A stretch of DNA of 64,000 bases from Octopus vulgaris (lineage: Eukaryota). The stretch lies in contig OX597831.1 of assembly GCA_951406725.2 (NCBI GenBank), positions 52,266,001 to 52,330,000 of the forward strand, read 5' to 3'. Under the pieces are notes generated by a model. That model saw nothing but the letters and a program-made list of their open reading frames with translations. It did no database searches and was not told the origin of the DNA. Of the stretch, positions 24,420 to 37,045 are shown piece after piece. The position numbers were made by a program, and so were the translations under genes. Position 1 is the first letter of the stretch; each line of letters starts with the position of its first letter.

Positions 24420-25495
24420 AATTAGTTTGGTCCTCAGTGAAAGGAGAGAGTGTGACGTTTCGAGCATAGCTCTTCGTCGGAAAGGAGAAAGGGAAAAGTC
24501 AAAAAAGAAAAATAAGGAAAAGAAATAGCCAACGGCACATGTATAGTTACATTCGGTCTCACGCCATTTCCGCTCCACCGGTCACTCCTTGCAACACCTG
24601 TCTGTGTTCGGTTTGTCCTTACAAAGAGGCCATCCGGATTCCCGTTTGCGCCGTGAACAGGAATTAATCTTCTCTCTTTGCTCTTATACGCCATTTGGTC
24701 TCAACTCTCCCCCCCTCCTCATCTAACCCCCCTCCCCCTCTCCCCTCCTCACCTCCCTCCCCCCGACCCCTACTTCTCTTCAGTCCTTCATCCTTTCACC
24801 CCTACTCCCCTTCCCTTCTTCCCTCTTTCTCCCTTCTTCCTTCTTTCTCCCTCCCTCCTTCCCTCTTCCCCTTCCCTCTGCTCCCTCACTCCCCTTCTCT
24901 CTCCCCCTCTCCCTCTTTCCTCCTCCCCCTCTTTCTCCCTCCATCCTTCCCTCTTCCCCTTCCCTCTGCTCCCTCACTCCCCTTCTCTCTCCCCCTCTCC
25001 CTCTTTCCTCCTTCCTCCTCCCCTCATTATCCCCCTCCTCTCTCCCCCCTCCTCTCTCCCCCCTCTCTCCCTCCTCCCCCTCTTCTCCCCTCTCCACACT
25101 ACACCACACGACTTTACACATCACATCATATATACATACACACGTCCAGACCTCTCATACGTACTAATACTCTCTCATACACACACACACACCCTTATGT
25201 TGGAGTAGGTCATTCAACCCTATTATCTCCCCTAATTTCGCTCTCGCGTCTCATGTTTGATCTTTGACTTCTGGCCGAAATCAGATCGCCATGTTGATTC
25301 GTTAGTTACTGCACGCATATTTTTTTCTCTCCTTCTTTCTGTGTTTTTTTTCTCTGTGTATCTTTCTGTTGAAGAGCGTAGGCTCGAAAGGTTAAAGACT
25401 TGTTTTATTTATATTTCCTGAGCGCCATACTAATACAATTGTTTGTTTGTTTTTCACCTGCCTTCGTCTTTTGTCTATTTTCATAAAGCTTCCCT
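24420..25495 (+). mobile_element. 5'-truncated Penelope-like element with inverted pseudo-LTR piece at its 5' end
   Basis: SRHFRSTGHSLQHLSVFGL...RREQELIFSLCSYTPFGLNS (GIY-YIG C-terminus, ~24558-24710); hammerhead-like motifs on the minus strand at ~24450-24485 and the plus strand at ~25361-25398. Confidence 0.8.
24705..25095. repeat. Polypyrimidine (C/T) tract with internal duplication
   Basis: Almost pure C/T; a ~65-bp block occurs at ~24858 and ~24946. Confidence 0.9.
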
Positions 25496-25515
25496 ATATA
25501 TATATATATATATAT

Positions 25516-25569
<54 letters not shown>

Positions 25570-25872
25570 GTGGTTAGGGTATTCAGCTCAAGATTGTAAG
25601 GTCGTGAGTTCGATACCTGATGGTGCGTTGTGTCCTTGCCCAAGACAGTATTTAACGTTGCTCCAGTTCACTCAGCTGGCAAAAATGAGTAGTACCTGTA
25701 TTTCAAAGAGCCAACCTTGTCATATTCTGGGTCACGCCGAATCTCCTTCACAACTACGTAAAGGGTACATGTGTTTGTGAAGTGCTCAACTACTTGCACG
25801 TTAATTTCGTGAGAAGGCTGTTCAATTCATCGGATCTACTGAAACCCTCGTCGTCGTAACCGACGAAGTGTC
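25570..25872 (+). mobile_element. SINE family C (tRNA head plus CORE-like middle)
   Basis: gtggttagggt...gagttcgatac head; tgtccttg..caagaca motif; 3' tail shared with 34215-34400. Confidence 0.75.
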
Positions 25873-27239
25873 ACTGTGTGTATGTATTTGTGTTTGTACC
25901 CTTTGACAACTGGCGTTGGTTTATGTCCTAGTAATTTAGCATTTGGCAAAAAGAGCCTAATAGAATAAGTACCAGATTGTAAAAAAAATATGTACATTGA
26001 CGTCAGTTTGTTCGACTAAACTCCACCAAAGACGGTGCCCCAGCATAGCCACAGTCTAATGACTGATACAAATAAAAGAAAAGAATAAAGTTAAACAATT
26101 AATTTTTTTCCGCTCCATCGTTATTTCCCCTTTAATTAAAAAAATTTCTCATCTAATTTATTAATTTCACATAAATTTTGACATACGTCAAATTTTATAA
26201 AAATTATTTCTGACCTTAGTCTTCGCCAAAAGACCCCCTGTCTCTTCTCTCTGTTTTATAGCCACTAAAAACAGTCTATGCTCTTCTGAACTAGTTAGTT
26301 ACAAAACCCCCACTCCAGTAAAGAACCATCTCCTCGGCCCATTCATCTATCTGCTCTCGTCACTCCTATTGTATCCTACCCTCAGTATTCCCCGCACTGA
26401 CCACTTCACCCACTCCTTAGAGCTTTAACCCTCTACGTTTCTTTATTTGCTTGCCTTTGTTATTTTCTATTATCATTTAGTGTAAGGATGGGAAAACCCT
26501 TTGTACGCTGGACAAAATGCTCGACGACATTTCTTCCAGCTGGATAAAAACACGCCACTCCACTACTACTACTGCTGCTGCTGCTATTACTACCACCACC
26601 ACCACCGCAACCACCACTACCACCACTACCGCTACTACTACTACTACTACTACTACTAACATCACCACCACCACCACCATCAACTGCCAACCTTAACAGG
26701 GCTGTCTCCAATTGGATCCTTGCTTTTCCTTTCGGATTTTGCTGTTCCGTGAAGGAAGGCCTTCTTATATCAGGTCTGAATCAGCCGGAAGAGTGTTGGG
26801 TTGAACACTAAACCGCCTACGGGGCTCCACTCCGGATTTCTTTGAAGGTTGCCTCCTTTCCGTAACCCTGGTTAGGGGCCCATACCGAGTACTGTCAGCC
26901 GGAGCCAGCTGAGCCCGGGACTCGTGTCAGGCAGGGTCGCCACTCCCTGGAGTAGTGAAGAAAATCGCTACCCACTACCTAATCAGTTACTTAATAAATT
27001 ATAAATTAGATAAGTCTATCTTTTTCCATATGAAACCTGTACTAATTTAAACATTTTATAATTCGTTAATTAAATAAATTATAAAAAATGTGTAAAGTAG
27101 TACAGAAAAAGACAAACAGGTTTATATACTATCTGTTGATTTAGTTATAAAGTATCAGTGGGACCCTTGGAAATTTCACGTTTATATTTTTATTATGACA
27201 CATACATTTGTAGGTATTCATTCAATGTTTAATAATGGT

Positions 27240-28562
27240 TGCAAATTATGGCACATGGCCAGCAGTTCTAGGCTGGGGCGGGGGCAAGTCGATTACATCG
27301 ACCCCAGTGTTATTTTATCGACATCGAAAGGATAAAAGTCAAAGTCGACTTTGGTGAAATTTGAATTCAGAAAGAAAATAACAGAAGAAATGTTGGTAAG
27401 CATTTCGCCTGAAGTGCTAACGATTTCGCCAGATCGCCGCCATTTATGGTTTCAGATTTTGGCAGAAGATATCAATTTTAGGAGAAAAAGGTTAGTTCAT
27501 TACGTCGACCCCCAATGATCCTGGTGGAATTTGAACTCAGAACGTAAAGAGGCGGAAAAACAAGTCGCTAAGCATTTTGCCCGACGCAATAACGAATCTA
27601 CCAGCTCGTCACGATTTATGGTTTCAAATTTTGGTATAAAGTCAGAAATTTTAGGGAGATGGGGTTAGTTGATTACAGCAACTTCAGTAATGGATTAGTA
27701 CTTTATTTTACCGATCTCGAAACGATGAAAGGCAAAGCTGACTTTATTAAGTTTTGAGCACGTCATGTAAAAAAAGCCAGAATAGATGTCACAACGCATT
27801 TTGTCCGACGTGTTAACGATTCTGCCAGCTCACTGCCTTAAATCAGATATGAAGAAAAAAACACATACGATCAAAAAACTAATATCAAATATAGTACACA
27901 TATTCAATAACTCCTAGCGTCATAATTCATTTTTATAACTATAAAATAGATTGTGCATGTAATTAAAAGATCCAGCGCTTTGTTGCACATTATCTCGCTA
28001 CCGGCGTATAAAACGAGCTTTGTATTTGCTTTTAAATGTATCAAAAACAATTACACGGCATCAAATGCAGCCTTAATAAGGATGGGAGAACTAGTGTGGT
28101 GACATAGTCTAGGGAGCCTAATGACCATAAGTCCACAAAGTATAACTGGTATTGGTAATAAGATATTGGTCTCAAATTTTGGCACAAGAATAACAATTTC
28201 GGGAATTGGGCTAAGACGATTACATCGACCCCAGTGTTCGACTGGTACTATTTTGTCAACCCCGAAATGATGAAAGGCAAAGCCAACTTTGCGACATATG
28301 AACTCAGAACGCAAAGACGAACGAAAGCATTTTGCCTGGTGCGCTAACGATACTGTTGCAAAAAAAAAAAAAAAAAGGCGGTGGGCTGGTAGAATCGTTT
28401 GCATGCTGGGCAAAATGATTGGCAGCATTTCGTCCGGTGTTCTGAGTTCAAATGCTGCTGGAGTAGAATCTGCCTTGGGGGTCAATAAAATAAGTAGCAA
28501 TTCAACACTGGGGTCGATGTAATCAGCTAGTCCCCGCCCTCAACATTGCTGGCCTTGTACCT
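27240..28562. mobile_element. SINE family B cluster, mostly minus strand
   Basis: Repeated gatgaaaggcaaagtcgac...gaatttgaactcagaacg units. Confidence 0.75.
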
Positions 28563-29303
28563 ATATAAAAAAATCGATCATTTCTGTTGTAAGCTTTGTA
28601 TCATATTCTTCCATAAGCATTTTCCCTTAGACTTCTGTTGTTGCCTTATATATTCAGTTACGAACGAAATATTTTTTTTGTTGCTACTTCGGCATATTTA
28701 TTATTGCATTCTTTAACTCCATGTTGGAAATTAGTTTTCCTTTATCTCAATTTTGTAATTCTGTATTCCATACTTTGGCGCATAATATTAGAAGCAGTAT
28801 GAATAATGTATATATATGATTTATTAGCTATATATCTAGCTAATCGCCTCCGTCTTGTGAGACATGTCCAATTATATTTGTCAGCTAATCTTATGTCTGA
28901 GTATATTTTCTTCTTGTATTTGTATTTTTATCAGTAGGTTAATTTTGGTTCTTATATTCTGATTTCTGTATCATCTGACAAGACATTTAAATATTAATCA
29001 AATGCGATGAGCTTGTTGTCAATGTATACTTTAGGTGATTCCAGTATTGTTTTTTATTTTAATATACCCTATTCTTTACAGCATTGATGATTAACATGAA
29101 TGCTTTTGTATATATATGTTTTTAACTGATTAGTTTGTGTTGTTAGTGTCGTTATTTGAAGGTAGTCGATTGGCAGAAATGTTAAGCCGTCGGACAAACA
29201 CCTTTAGGTAATTGCTTCGGCTCTTTATATTCCGAGTTCAAATTTCGCCAAAGTAAACTTTGCTTTTTATCCGTTCAAAGTCGATAAATAAAGTACTGGC
29301 ATC

Positions 29304-29357
<54 letters not shown>

Positions 29358-29402
29358 ATTCCCCCTCTCTATCTTCCTCCATGCTGCACAAATCTTTGAC
29401 AG

Positions 29403-29795
29403 TGGCGCAGGAATGGCTGTGTGGTAAGTAGCTTGCTTACCAACCACATGGTTCCGGGTTCAGTCCCACTGCGTGGCACTTTGGGCAAGTGTCTTCTACT
29501 ATAGCCTCGGGCCGACCAAAGCCTTGTGTGTGGATTCGGTCGACGGAAACTGAAAAGAAGCCCGTCGTATATATGTATATATATATATGTGTGTGTGTGT
29601 CTGTGTTTGTCCCCCAACATCGCTTGACAACTGATGCTGGTGTGTTTTACATCCCCGTAACTTAGCGGTTCGGCAAAAAGAGACCGATAGAATAAGTACT
29701 AGTCTTACAAAGAATAAGCCCTGGGGTCGATTTGCTCGACTAAAGGCGGTGCTCCAGCATGGTCGCAGTCAACTGACTGAAACAAGTAAAAGAGA
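29403..29795 (+). mobile_element. SINE family A, full length
   Basis: ggcgcaggaatggctgtgtggtaag...gactgaaacaagtaaaagag. Confidence 0.92.
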
Positions 29796-30096
29796 GTGGG
29801 TTTCCAACTTGTTGGGAAGTGGTACATCAGTTAGAGTACGCAACCATTGAAAAGCCGAAAAACACCTGTACAACAAACCCTAATAAAGAACTACTGTTAC
29901 CTGTGCTGTCGTTTATCCCTCAATCAGACCTAATTGAGAAGACCTACGATTGACTTTAAACCGTTCAATCTGTGGTCATTTCGATAATCTTTTTTGTAAA
30001 GCAAGAACCAGAAATTTCTTTTCGTAATGACCTGTGTTTGAATTAGTGTTTTTAGATTTTCCTATGCCCAAATGTATATCATATCAAATCTTATGT

Positions 30097-30266
30097 AGGC
30101 GCAGACATGGCTGTGTGGTTAAGAAGCTTGCCTCGCGACCACGTAGTTTCGGGTTCAGTTCCACTGTGCAGAACTTTGAGCAAGTGTCTTCTGCTATATC
30201 CCCGGGCCGACTAGTGCATTGTGAGTGAACTCGGGAGATGGAAACTGTGTGGAAGCTCATCGTATA

Positions 30267-30303
<37 letters not shown>

Positions 30304-30812
30304 ACACAATATGTGTGTCTCCCGTAACTTAGCGGTTCTGCAGAAAGTGATTAAGTGCCAGGCTTTGAAAAAACAAGAGATTCGTACGTGGTCGATTCGT
30401 TCGACTAAGATCCTTTAATGCGCTGCCCCAGCGTGGTCACAGTCTAACGACTGAAAGAAGTGGGAGATTATATATCTTTTTTTCTTTCATTAAATTAAAT
30501 TTCAAAAGACTTTAAACAAATAATAAAACTGCCTTTCAAAGGTTTGGTTTATATTCTGTCGATTTCTTTTTACCGAACCAGAAAATTACAGGGATGATAC
30601 AAAAAAAACCCCCAACACCAGTTTTCAAACGATGGAGACTCATACACATACGGCAGGCTTCTACACAGTTTCCACCTACCAGATTCACTCACAAGACTTT
30701 GGTCAGCCGGGGGCTATAGTAGAAGACATCTTCTCATGGTGTTGTGCAGTGGGACTGAACCTGAAAGCAGGTGGTTTCAAAGAGAGCTTCTTAACCACAA
30801 AGCCATGCCAGC
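30097..30812. mobile_element. Two diverged SINE-A copies (plus 30097-30470, minus 30560-30812)
   Basis: Diverged head and tail motifs. Confidence 0.7.
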
Positions 30813-31046
30813 GCGAAAGTCTGAAAGAAAAATATTGTGATGGCCACGTATAGAACGTCTTTGATTATAGGTCTGTTGGATTAAGACTGACATGGAGCTA
30901 AATAACAAGAAGAGCAATAATAACGGACTTTCGTTTTCTGGGGTTCCAGGTCTTGCAAAGAAAAAAAAAAGGACAGGGTAAAAAGAAAGAATAAAATAGA
31001 GATGAAGGAGAAGGAGGGAAGTTGAAAGATAGATAGAGAGAGGGAT

Positions 31047-31091
<45 letters not shown>

Positions 31092-31092
31092 T

Positions 31093-31124
<32 letters not shown>

Positions 31125-31423
31125 AGTTCTGTCATTTTAATGTGTTTCTCATTCCAGCCTGTTGGCTACCTGCGACAACTGCGATAAGCGGTTCAAGCGC
31201 AAACATGGTCTACATGCCATCAGAATATGCAAAAAGGTGTTCGGAATTCAGGCTGTTCTGGTGCTGTTTATCACGTGTTCAGAGAGATGCAGGAAGGACC
31301 TTTGAAGACAAATTGACGAACGATTGTGCAAGCTTCCAATAAATTCTTCGGCCAATATATCATTGATTTTTAGTTTTATTTATTGCAGTTGCCATTTGTT
31401 ATTGTTGTTGTTGTTGATGTTAT

Positions 31424-31466
<43 letters not shown>

Positions 31467-31690
31467 CCTAATTATTCTTTTTTGACTATTACTGGTGCCA
31501 GTCATTGGAATGCGGCCAAGTTCAGTTCTTTTGAGAGCTGAAACAATCTTGCAAACTGTAAGCATTAATTAAATAATAAATAAATAAATTGTAGTATCAT
31601 TGCCTTCATGAACAAGTATGTGTGTGTGTGTGAGTGTGTGTGTTTATGTGTGTTTGTGTGTATAAACACACGCACACATATACATATATA

Positions 31691-32320
31691 CACAAGGTGT
31701 CAGGTTAAATTTGGTGATTTTTCTATGTCTCCTTTTCCCAGGAACAGCTCGATATATTGGTTAAGAGTCAATGGCATTGGAGAGCATAACGATTAAAGCT
31801 GTGGTTGAGAAAGAGCTGATGTAGAGGACTGGAAGCTATCTGAATATTGAAAAGAGTTGCCTGTATCACGATGACTCGCGCCGAAAACTTTGACTGCTGC
31901 TCAATGCTCTGTGAACACTGCAAAGGCCGCAAGACAGCTGCAACGGAGCCTACGAAACCGTACCCAGCTGAACGAGACGTAGTAGGCGTTCTGACTGCGC
32001 CCCCAGGGCGGTATTTATTCCCATGTCGTTGAACAGGGCCCTCTGAAGCTCCTGGAGACTGTGGTCAAACCCTGCTTGGAGAGAGTTTCTACTGGAAGGC
32101 AGCATGTATGGTAGTAGCATTTGGCTCCTTTCCGTATCTCCGGAAGGCTGAACTGGTGGCCGAGATCAAAGGGGTGTTTAAAGATATGCTCAGGGACACA
32201 GTAAAGAATATATGAGTCAGGTTCTGAAGCCATCTTGAGGCTGTGGTGGAAGCTGGGGGCATCTACTTTGAGTAAACTGTTATCTTCTAACCATAATCTA
32301 GTTGGTATTTAAAAAAAAAA
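31691..32320 (+). mobile_element. Deleted Tc1/maT-like transposon remnant
   Basis: caaggtgtc TIR-like start; VVKPCLERVSTGRQHVW**HLAP (QQDSAP region) and SHLEAVVEAGGIYFE* C-terminus. Confidence 0.65.
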
Positions 32321-32324
32321 TTAT

Positions 32325-32497
32325 AGGCGCAAGAGTGGCTGTGTGGTAAGTAGCTTCCTTACGAACCACATGGTTCCGGTAGAATAACTACTAGGCTTCC
32401 AAAGAATAAGTCCTGGGGTCGATTTGCTCGACTAAAGGCGGTGCTCCAGCATGGCCGCAGTCAAATGACTGAAACAAGTAAAAGAGTAAAAGAGTAA
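32325..32497 (+). mobile_element. Internally deleted SINE-A
   Basis: Head joined directly to tail (ggttccgg|tagaataa). Confidence 0.85.
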
Positions 32498-32774
32498 TAC
32501 TTTTATGTTTTTGGACGCGATATTGTGTATTCTTTTCGTTTTAGGCAAACTGTCAAACTTAACCCGAACACCTTTATGAAGTCTGCACAGCGTGGTAAGA
32601 TCACTTCATGCATTCTTGTTAAAATGTAAAGAAAGCGAACTTGCACATTATTTTTTACCTGAGTATGTCTCACAGTTATTGTTTGTTTGTTTGTATGTAT
32701 GTATGTATGTGTGTATGTGTGTATGTATGTATGTATGTATGTATGTATGTATGTATGTATGTATGTATGTATGT

Positions 32775-34040
32775 ATTCTTTGATACTCTGCTTACGCATA
32801 CTTTCCTCAATTGTGATAAGGACGCCCTCTTGCAGTTTAGAACTATTGGAAGAGTCTTTAACTTGAGAAGGTTCAACTTCATAACGAAAACGTTTGAAAC
32901 TTTGATCAGAGAACTCCTTTATGCAGAACTGACTTCCTGACTTGCACTTCTGATGACTTACAACACAACATGGATTTATTACTTCATGTACAGCCTTCTG
33001 TCTTCAAATAAGTTTTAAAATACAACCAATGTAATGTTCACATCCGTTACCAGGAGAACCGTATATTGAGCCAGATATCGTAGTATACGGTTCAAGATTG
33101 GGTGTATTTGACACTTGTTTACGAAGGCTGCAGGTTGCTGAGATGCAGAAATACATCTACGCATTCAGACATCACTTTTGGCATTTGGGAAGCTTGAAAA
33201 TCGTGGCACCCCCAACAAGATCAAGCTGAACGTTTACAAAACATGTACAAACGGCTCAGTTGTACTCCTTTGAAACATGAGCAGTACACCGTATGCATCT
33301 CAAGCTGTTTGAGTGCTTTCATCGAAAATGATAGAGACATCCTCAACATCAAGTAGTAAAGTAAAACACTTGACTGAGAGGTCCTTGTGAAGGCAGGATG
33401 CACATGCATCCAGTCATAATCACTCATCATATCTACTCGGATGCATTGAGCAGACCATGTTGTACGTATGGAGAGCAAGGGGATTCCAAAGCAGTTGTTC
33501 TGCAGTGAGTTGTTCACTTGAAAGCGTCCTCAGCACAAAAAATGATACAAAGGCTACATAAAAGGTAACCTCAAGGAACTGTGGATCAATGAAAAAAAAC
33601 CGGGAAGAACTAGCTTTGGAAAGAGCTGAGTGGAGAAAGCGTATAAGGGAAGGTAAAACTTTTGAAGAGAGTCGTCTTGAGCCCGAAAGCCTAAAGCGTT
33701 GGCTTCGGAGGGCTGTCAGCCATCTGAAGTCCTGTAAAATGTGAACTGTATGCAGTGTCCTTCCTTCTGGATCGGGGGATTCAATGTGTTTAGTGTGTGA
33801 AAGGAATTGCAAAGCGATTTCGGGTCTGAAGAGACATATGGCAATTCACAGGGATCCCATCTCGCAAAATAATTCGATCAATCCAGTGGAAGTTACAGCT
33901 TTCGTCTGTCACCAAAGCTTCAAATCTGCAACGGGACTGAATAATCATCTGAGGAGGTCATAGACAGAATGTCAGAAATGCAAACGACACCGAGGAAGCT
34001 TAGAAAGACGGCAATCGTCTGGGAAAATGGAGCAGTCTCC
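32775..34040 (+). mobile_element. RTE (BovB-like) LINE 3' half, degenerate
   Basis: FRTIGRVFNLRRF...LIRELLYAE, KLNVYKT, HVVRME, GIPKQLF; C-terminal C2H2 motifs CERNCKAISGLKRHMAIH and [16 protein letters not shown]; followed by (GGAT)n. Confidence 0.8.
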
Positions 34041-34214
34041 ATGGATGGATGGATGGATGGATGGATGGATGGATGGATGGATGGATGGATGGATGGATGG
34101 ATGGATGGATGGATGGATGGATGGATGGATGGATCTTTGTATATCTACTTTTTAAAATTTATTACAATGTTTCCTAAAAGGAGGGAGCTGTTTTTTTAAA
34201 CAAAGAAATAAATG

Positions 34215-34597
34215 GATGGAAGCACTCCATCAGTTACGACGACGAGGGTTCCGGTTGATCCGATCAACGGAACAGCCTGCTCGTGAAATTAACGTGTAAG
34301 TGGCTGAGCACTCCATAGACACGTGTACCCTGAACGTAGTTCTCGGGGATATTCAGCGTGACACAGAGAGTGACAAGGCCGGCCCTTTGAAATACAGGTA
34401 CAACAGAAACAGGAAGTAAGAGTGAGAGAAAGTTGTGGTGAAAGAGTACAGCAGGGATCACCACCATCCCTGCCGGAGCCTCGTGGAGCTTTAGGTGTTT
34501 TCGCTCAATAAACACTCACAACGCCCGGTCTGGGAATCGAAACCGCGATCCTACGACCGCGAGTCCGCTGCCCTAACCACTGGGCCATTGCGCCTCC
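34215..34597 (-). mobile_element. tRNA-derived SINE, family C-related, full length
   Basis: Minus-strand head ggaggcgcaatggcccagtggttagggcagcggactcgcgg...ggtttcgattccc with A and B boxes; tail shared with 25690-25872. Confidence 0.85.
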
Positions 34598-35449
34598 AAA
34601 AGAAATAAAGCTCCATCGTTGAAAATGAAATAACAACAACGATAATTTAAGATATCGAACTCTTAGAAAGTCTTGCATATTTTTACTATTCCACTTACAG
34701 ATTACACTTCGACCGTCTTTACTTTCTAAGTTCAAATTTTGCCGAGGTCGACTTTGCCTTTTATCCTTCCGGGGTGGAATAAAACAAGTTCCAGTTGAGC
34801 ACTAGGGTCGATGTAATCGACTTAACCCCGATATTGCTGGCCTTGTGCCAAAATTTGATGCCAGCACTATCATTCTGAGCTGGCAGAATCATTAGCACGA
34901 TAAACAAAATGCTTAGCGGTACGTCGTCTGTCTTTACGTTCTGAGTTCAAATTCTGCCGAAGTCGACATTGCCAGAACAAATACTACCAATCATTTCCCC
35001 CGATGTTCTTAGCCATTCCGCCAATTCAACGCGATTAATTGATACTATATTTTATCGACTTGGAAGGATGAAAGAAAAGGTCCACTGCTATGCCCAGAAT
35101 ACATTGCTGCAAATTAGTACAACTAGGTACAGTTTCCCTGTAAAGAGGTAATACGAGGAGGGAAAATCTTTGATGAATGATTGCCTAAGACTATTTCCAT
35201 TGTATGACGAGTCCAGATTCTTTCATCGATGTATAGAATGTTTATTGCACTGGTGCTTAACTGGTTTATCTATAGCATTAAACAGATAAGCAGCGCATTT
35301 TCTCCTTATAGGATGCGAGATTGATACAGATAACAGCGTAGAAAGATACACTGTTTACTTTTATATTTGAAAAGTAAGATCACGTTTCTAGCCTGAAGAC
35401 TTGATTTAAGAGTTACTTGCTAGCTTCCTGCTCCATATTAAGTTGCATA

Positions 35450-35492
<43 letters not shown>

Positions 35493-35695
35493 CATACAAT
35501 ATTAGATATGTACATATATACACAAGGGTACTACATGAGTACCTATATCGCTGTTGATAGAAGTCAAAAAATACTTCTGTACCACCGAATAGTCACAAAT
35601 CCATTACAGACAAGATAGGAAAAAATATCAGTGAACAACAATAGTGTCTTACCTCAAATGGGTAAGAACAAGTAAATGCTGGTCAACCGGCGGAC

Positions 35696-35753
35696 TTTGG
35701 CTGATGAGAGATCAGGCACCTAGTTGGCGCTAAATTTCGAAACCGGTACCAGA
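35696..35753 (+). ncRNA. Minimal type I hammerhead ribozyme motif, canonical core
   Basis: Stem I tttgg/ccaga; CTGATGA 35701-35707; stem II gagat/atttc; GAAA 35739-35742; palindromic stem III ACCGGT; GUA triplet. Confidence 0.75.
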
Positions 35754-36036
35754 ATAAGTACCAGGCTTTAAAAAAGTCCTGGAGTCGATTTGTTCGACTA
35801 AAACCTTTCAAGTCGGTGCTCCAGCACGGCTACAGTCAAATGACTGAAACAAGTAAAAGAATAAAGTATTACAGATACAACACCAACTTTCCGGAAACCG
35901 ATGGTCCAGCACGTTTTATAATCTGCGCTAATTTACAAGGAGGAACTTCGAATTCCCACAGTCGCCGGAATAGTTTACCGACACCTCGCACAAACTAGTA
36001 CCATGTACAGTGTAATATTAATAGACTTGTATCGTA

Positions 36037-36618
36037 AGGCGGCGAGCTGCAGAAACGTTAGCACGCCGGACGAAATGCGTAGCCGTATTTCGTCTGCCGT
36101 TACGTTCTGAGTTCAAATTTCGCCGAGGTCGACTTTGCCTTTCATCATTTCGGGATCGATTAAATAATTACCAGTTACGAACTGGGGTCGATGTAATCGA
36201 CTTAATCTGTTTGTCTGTCCTTGTTTGTCCTCTCTGTGTTTAGCTCCTTGTGGGTAGTAAAGAAATAGGTATTTCGTCTGCCGCTACGTTCTGAGTTCAA
36301 ATTCCGCCGAGGTCGACTTTGCCTTTCATCCTTTCGGGGTCGATTAAATAAGTACCAGTTACGCACTGGGTCGATGTAATCGGCTTAATCCGTTTGTCTG
36401 TCCTTGTTTGTCCCCTCTGTGTGTAGCCCCTTGTGGGCAGTAAAGAAATGGGTATTTTGTTTGTCTTTGCGTTCTGAGTTCAAATTCCGCCGAAGTCGAC
36501 CTTGCTTTCATCCTTTCAGGGTGGATAAATTAAGTGCCAAGTTGCGTACTGGGGTCGATCTAATCGACTGGCCCCATCCCCCAAAATTTCGGGCGTTGTG
36601 CCTAGAGTAGAAAAGAAT
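36037..36618 (+). mobile_element. SINE family B trimer
   Basis: One head followed by three ~185-bp bodies. Confidence 0.9.
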
Positions 36619-36644
36619 GAACTTGTATATACGAATACACAATC

Positions 36645-37045
36645 ATTTCTTACTTGTTTCATTCATTAGACTACGGCCATGCTGGGGCACCGCCTTGAAG
36701 AATTTCGGTCGAACGAACCGACCCCAGTAGTTATTCGTTTTAAAGTCTGGTACTTATTCTCTTGGTGACTTTGACCGAACCGCTAAGTTACGGGGACGTA
36801 AACACACCAACACCGGTTGTCAAGCAGTCTGTGCGTGTGTGTAGGGAGGGGGAGAACACAGATACACGTATATGTATACGGTGGACTTTTTTTCAGTTTC
36901 CATATTTTCAGTCTACCAAATCCACTCAAAAGACTTGGTCGGCCCGAGGCTAAAGTAGAAGACACCTGCCCAAAGCGCCACGAAGTGGGCATGAGCCTTG
37001 AGCCATTTGTTTGGGAAGCAAACTTCTTACCACACAGCTATGCCT
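36645..37045 (-). mobile_element. SINE family A
   Basis: Reverse-complement copy. Confidence 0.8.

Noticed and set aside
24678-25267. Proline/serine-rich ORFs
   Set aside because: Translation of a polypyrimidine tract
34520-34597. tRNA gene
   Set aside because: The tRNA-like head continues into a SINE body and lacks a complete acceptor stem
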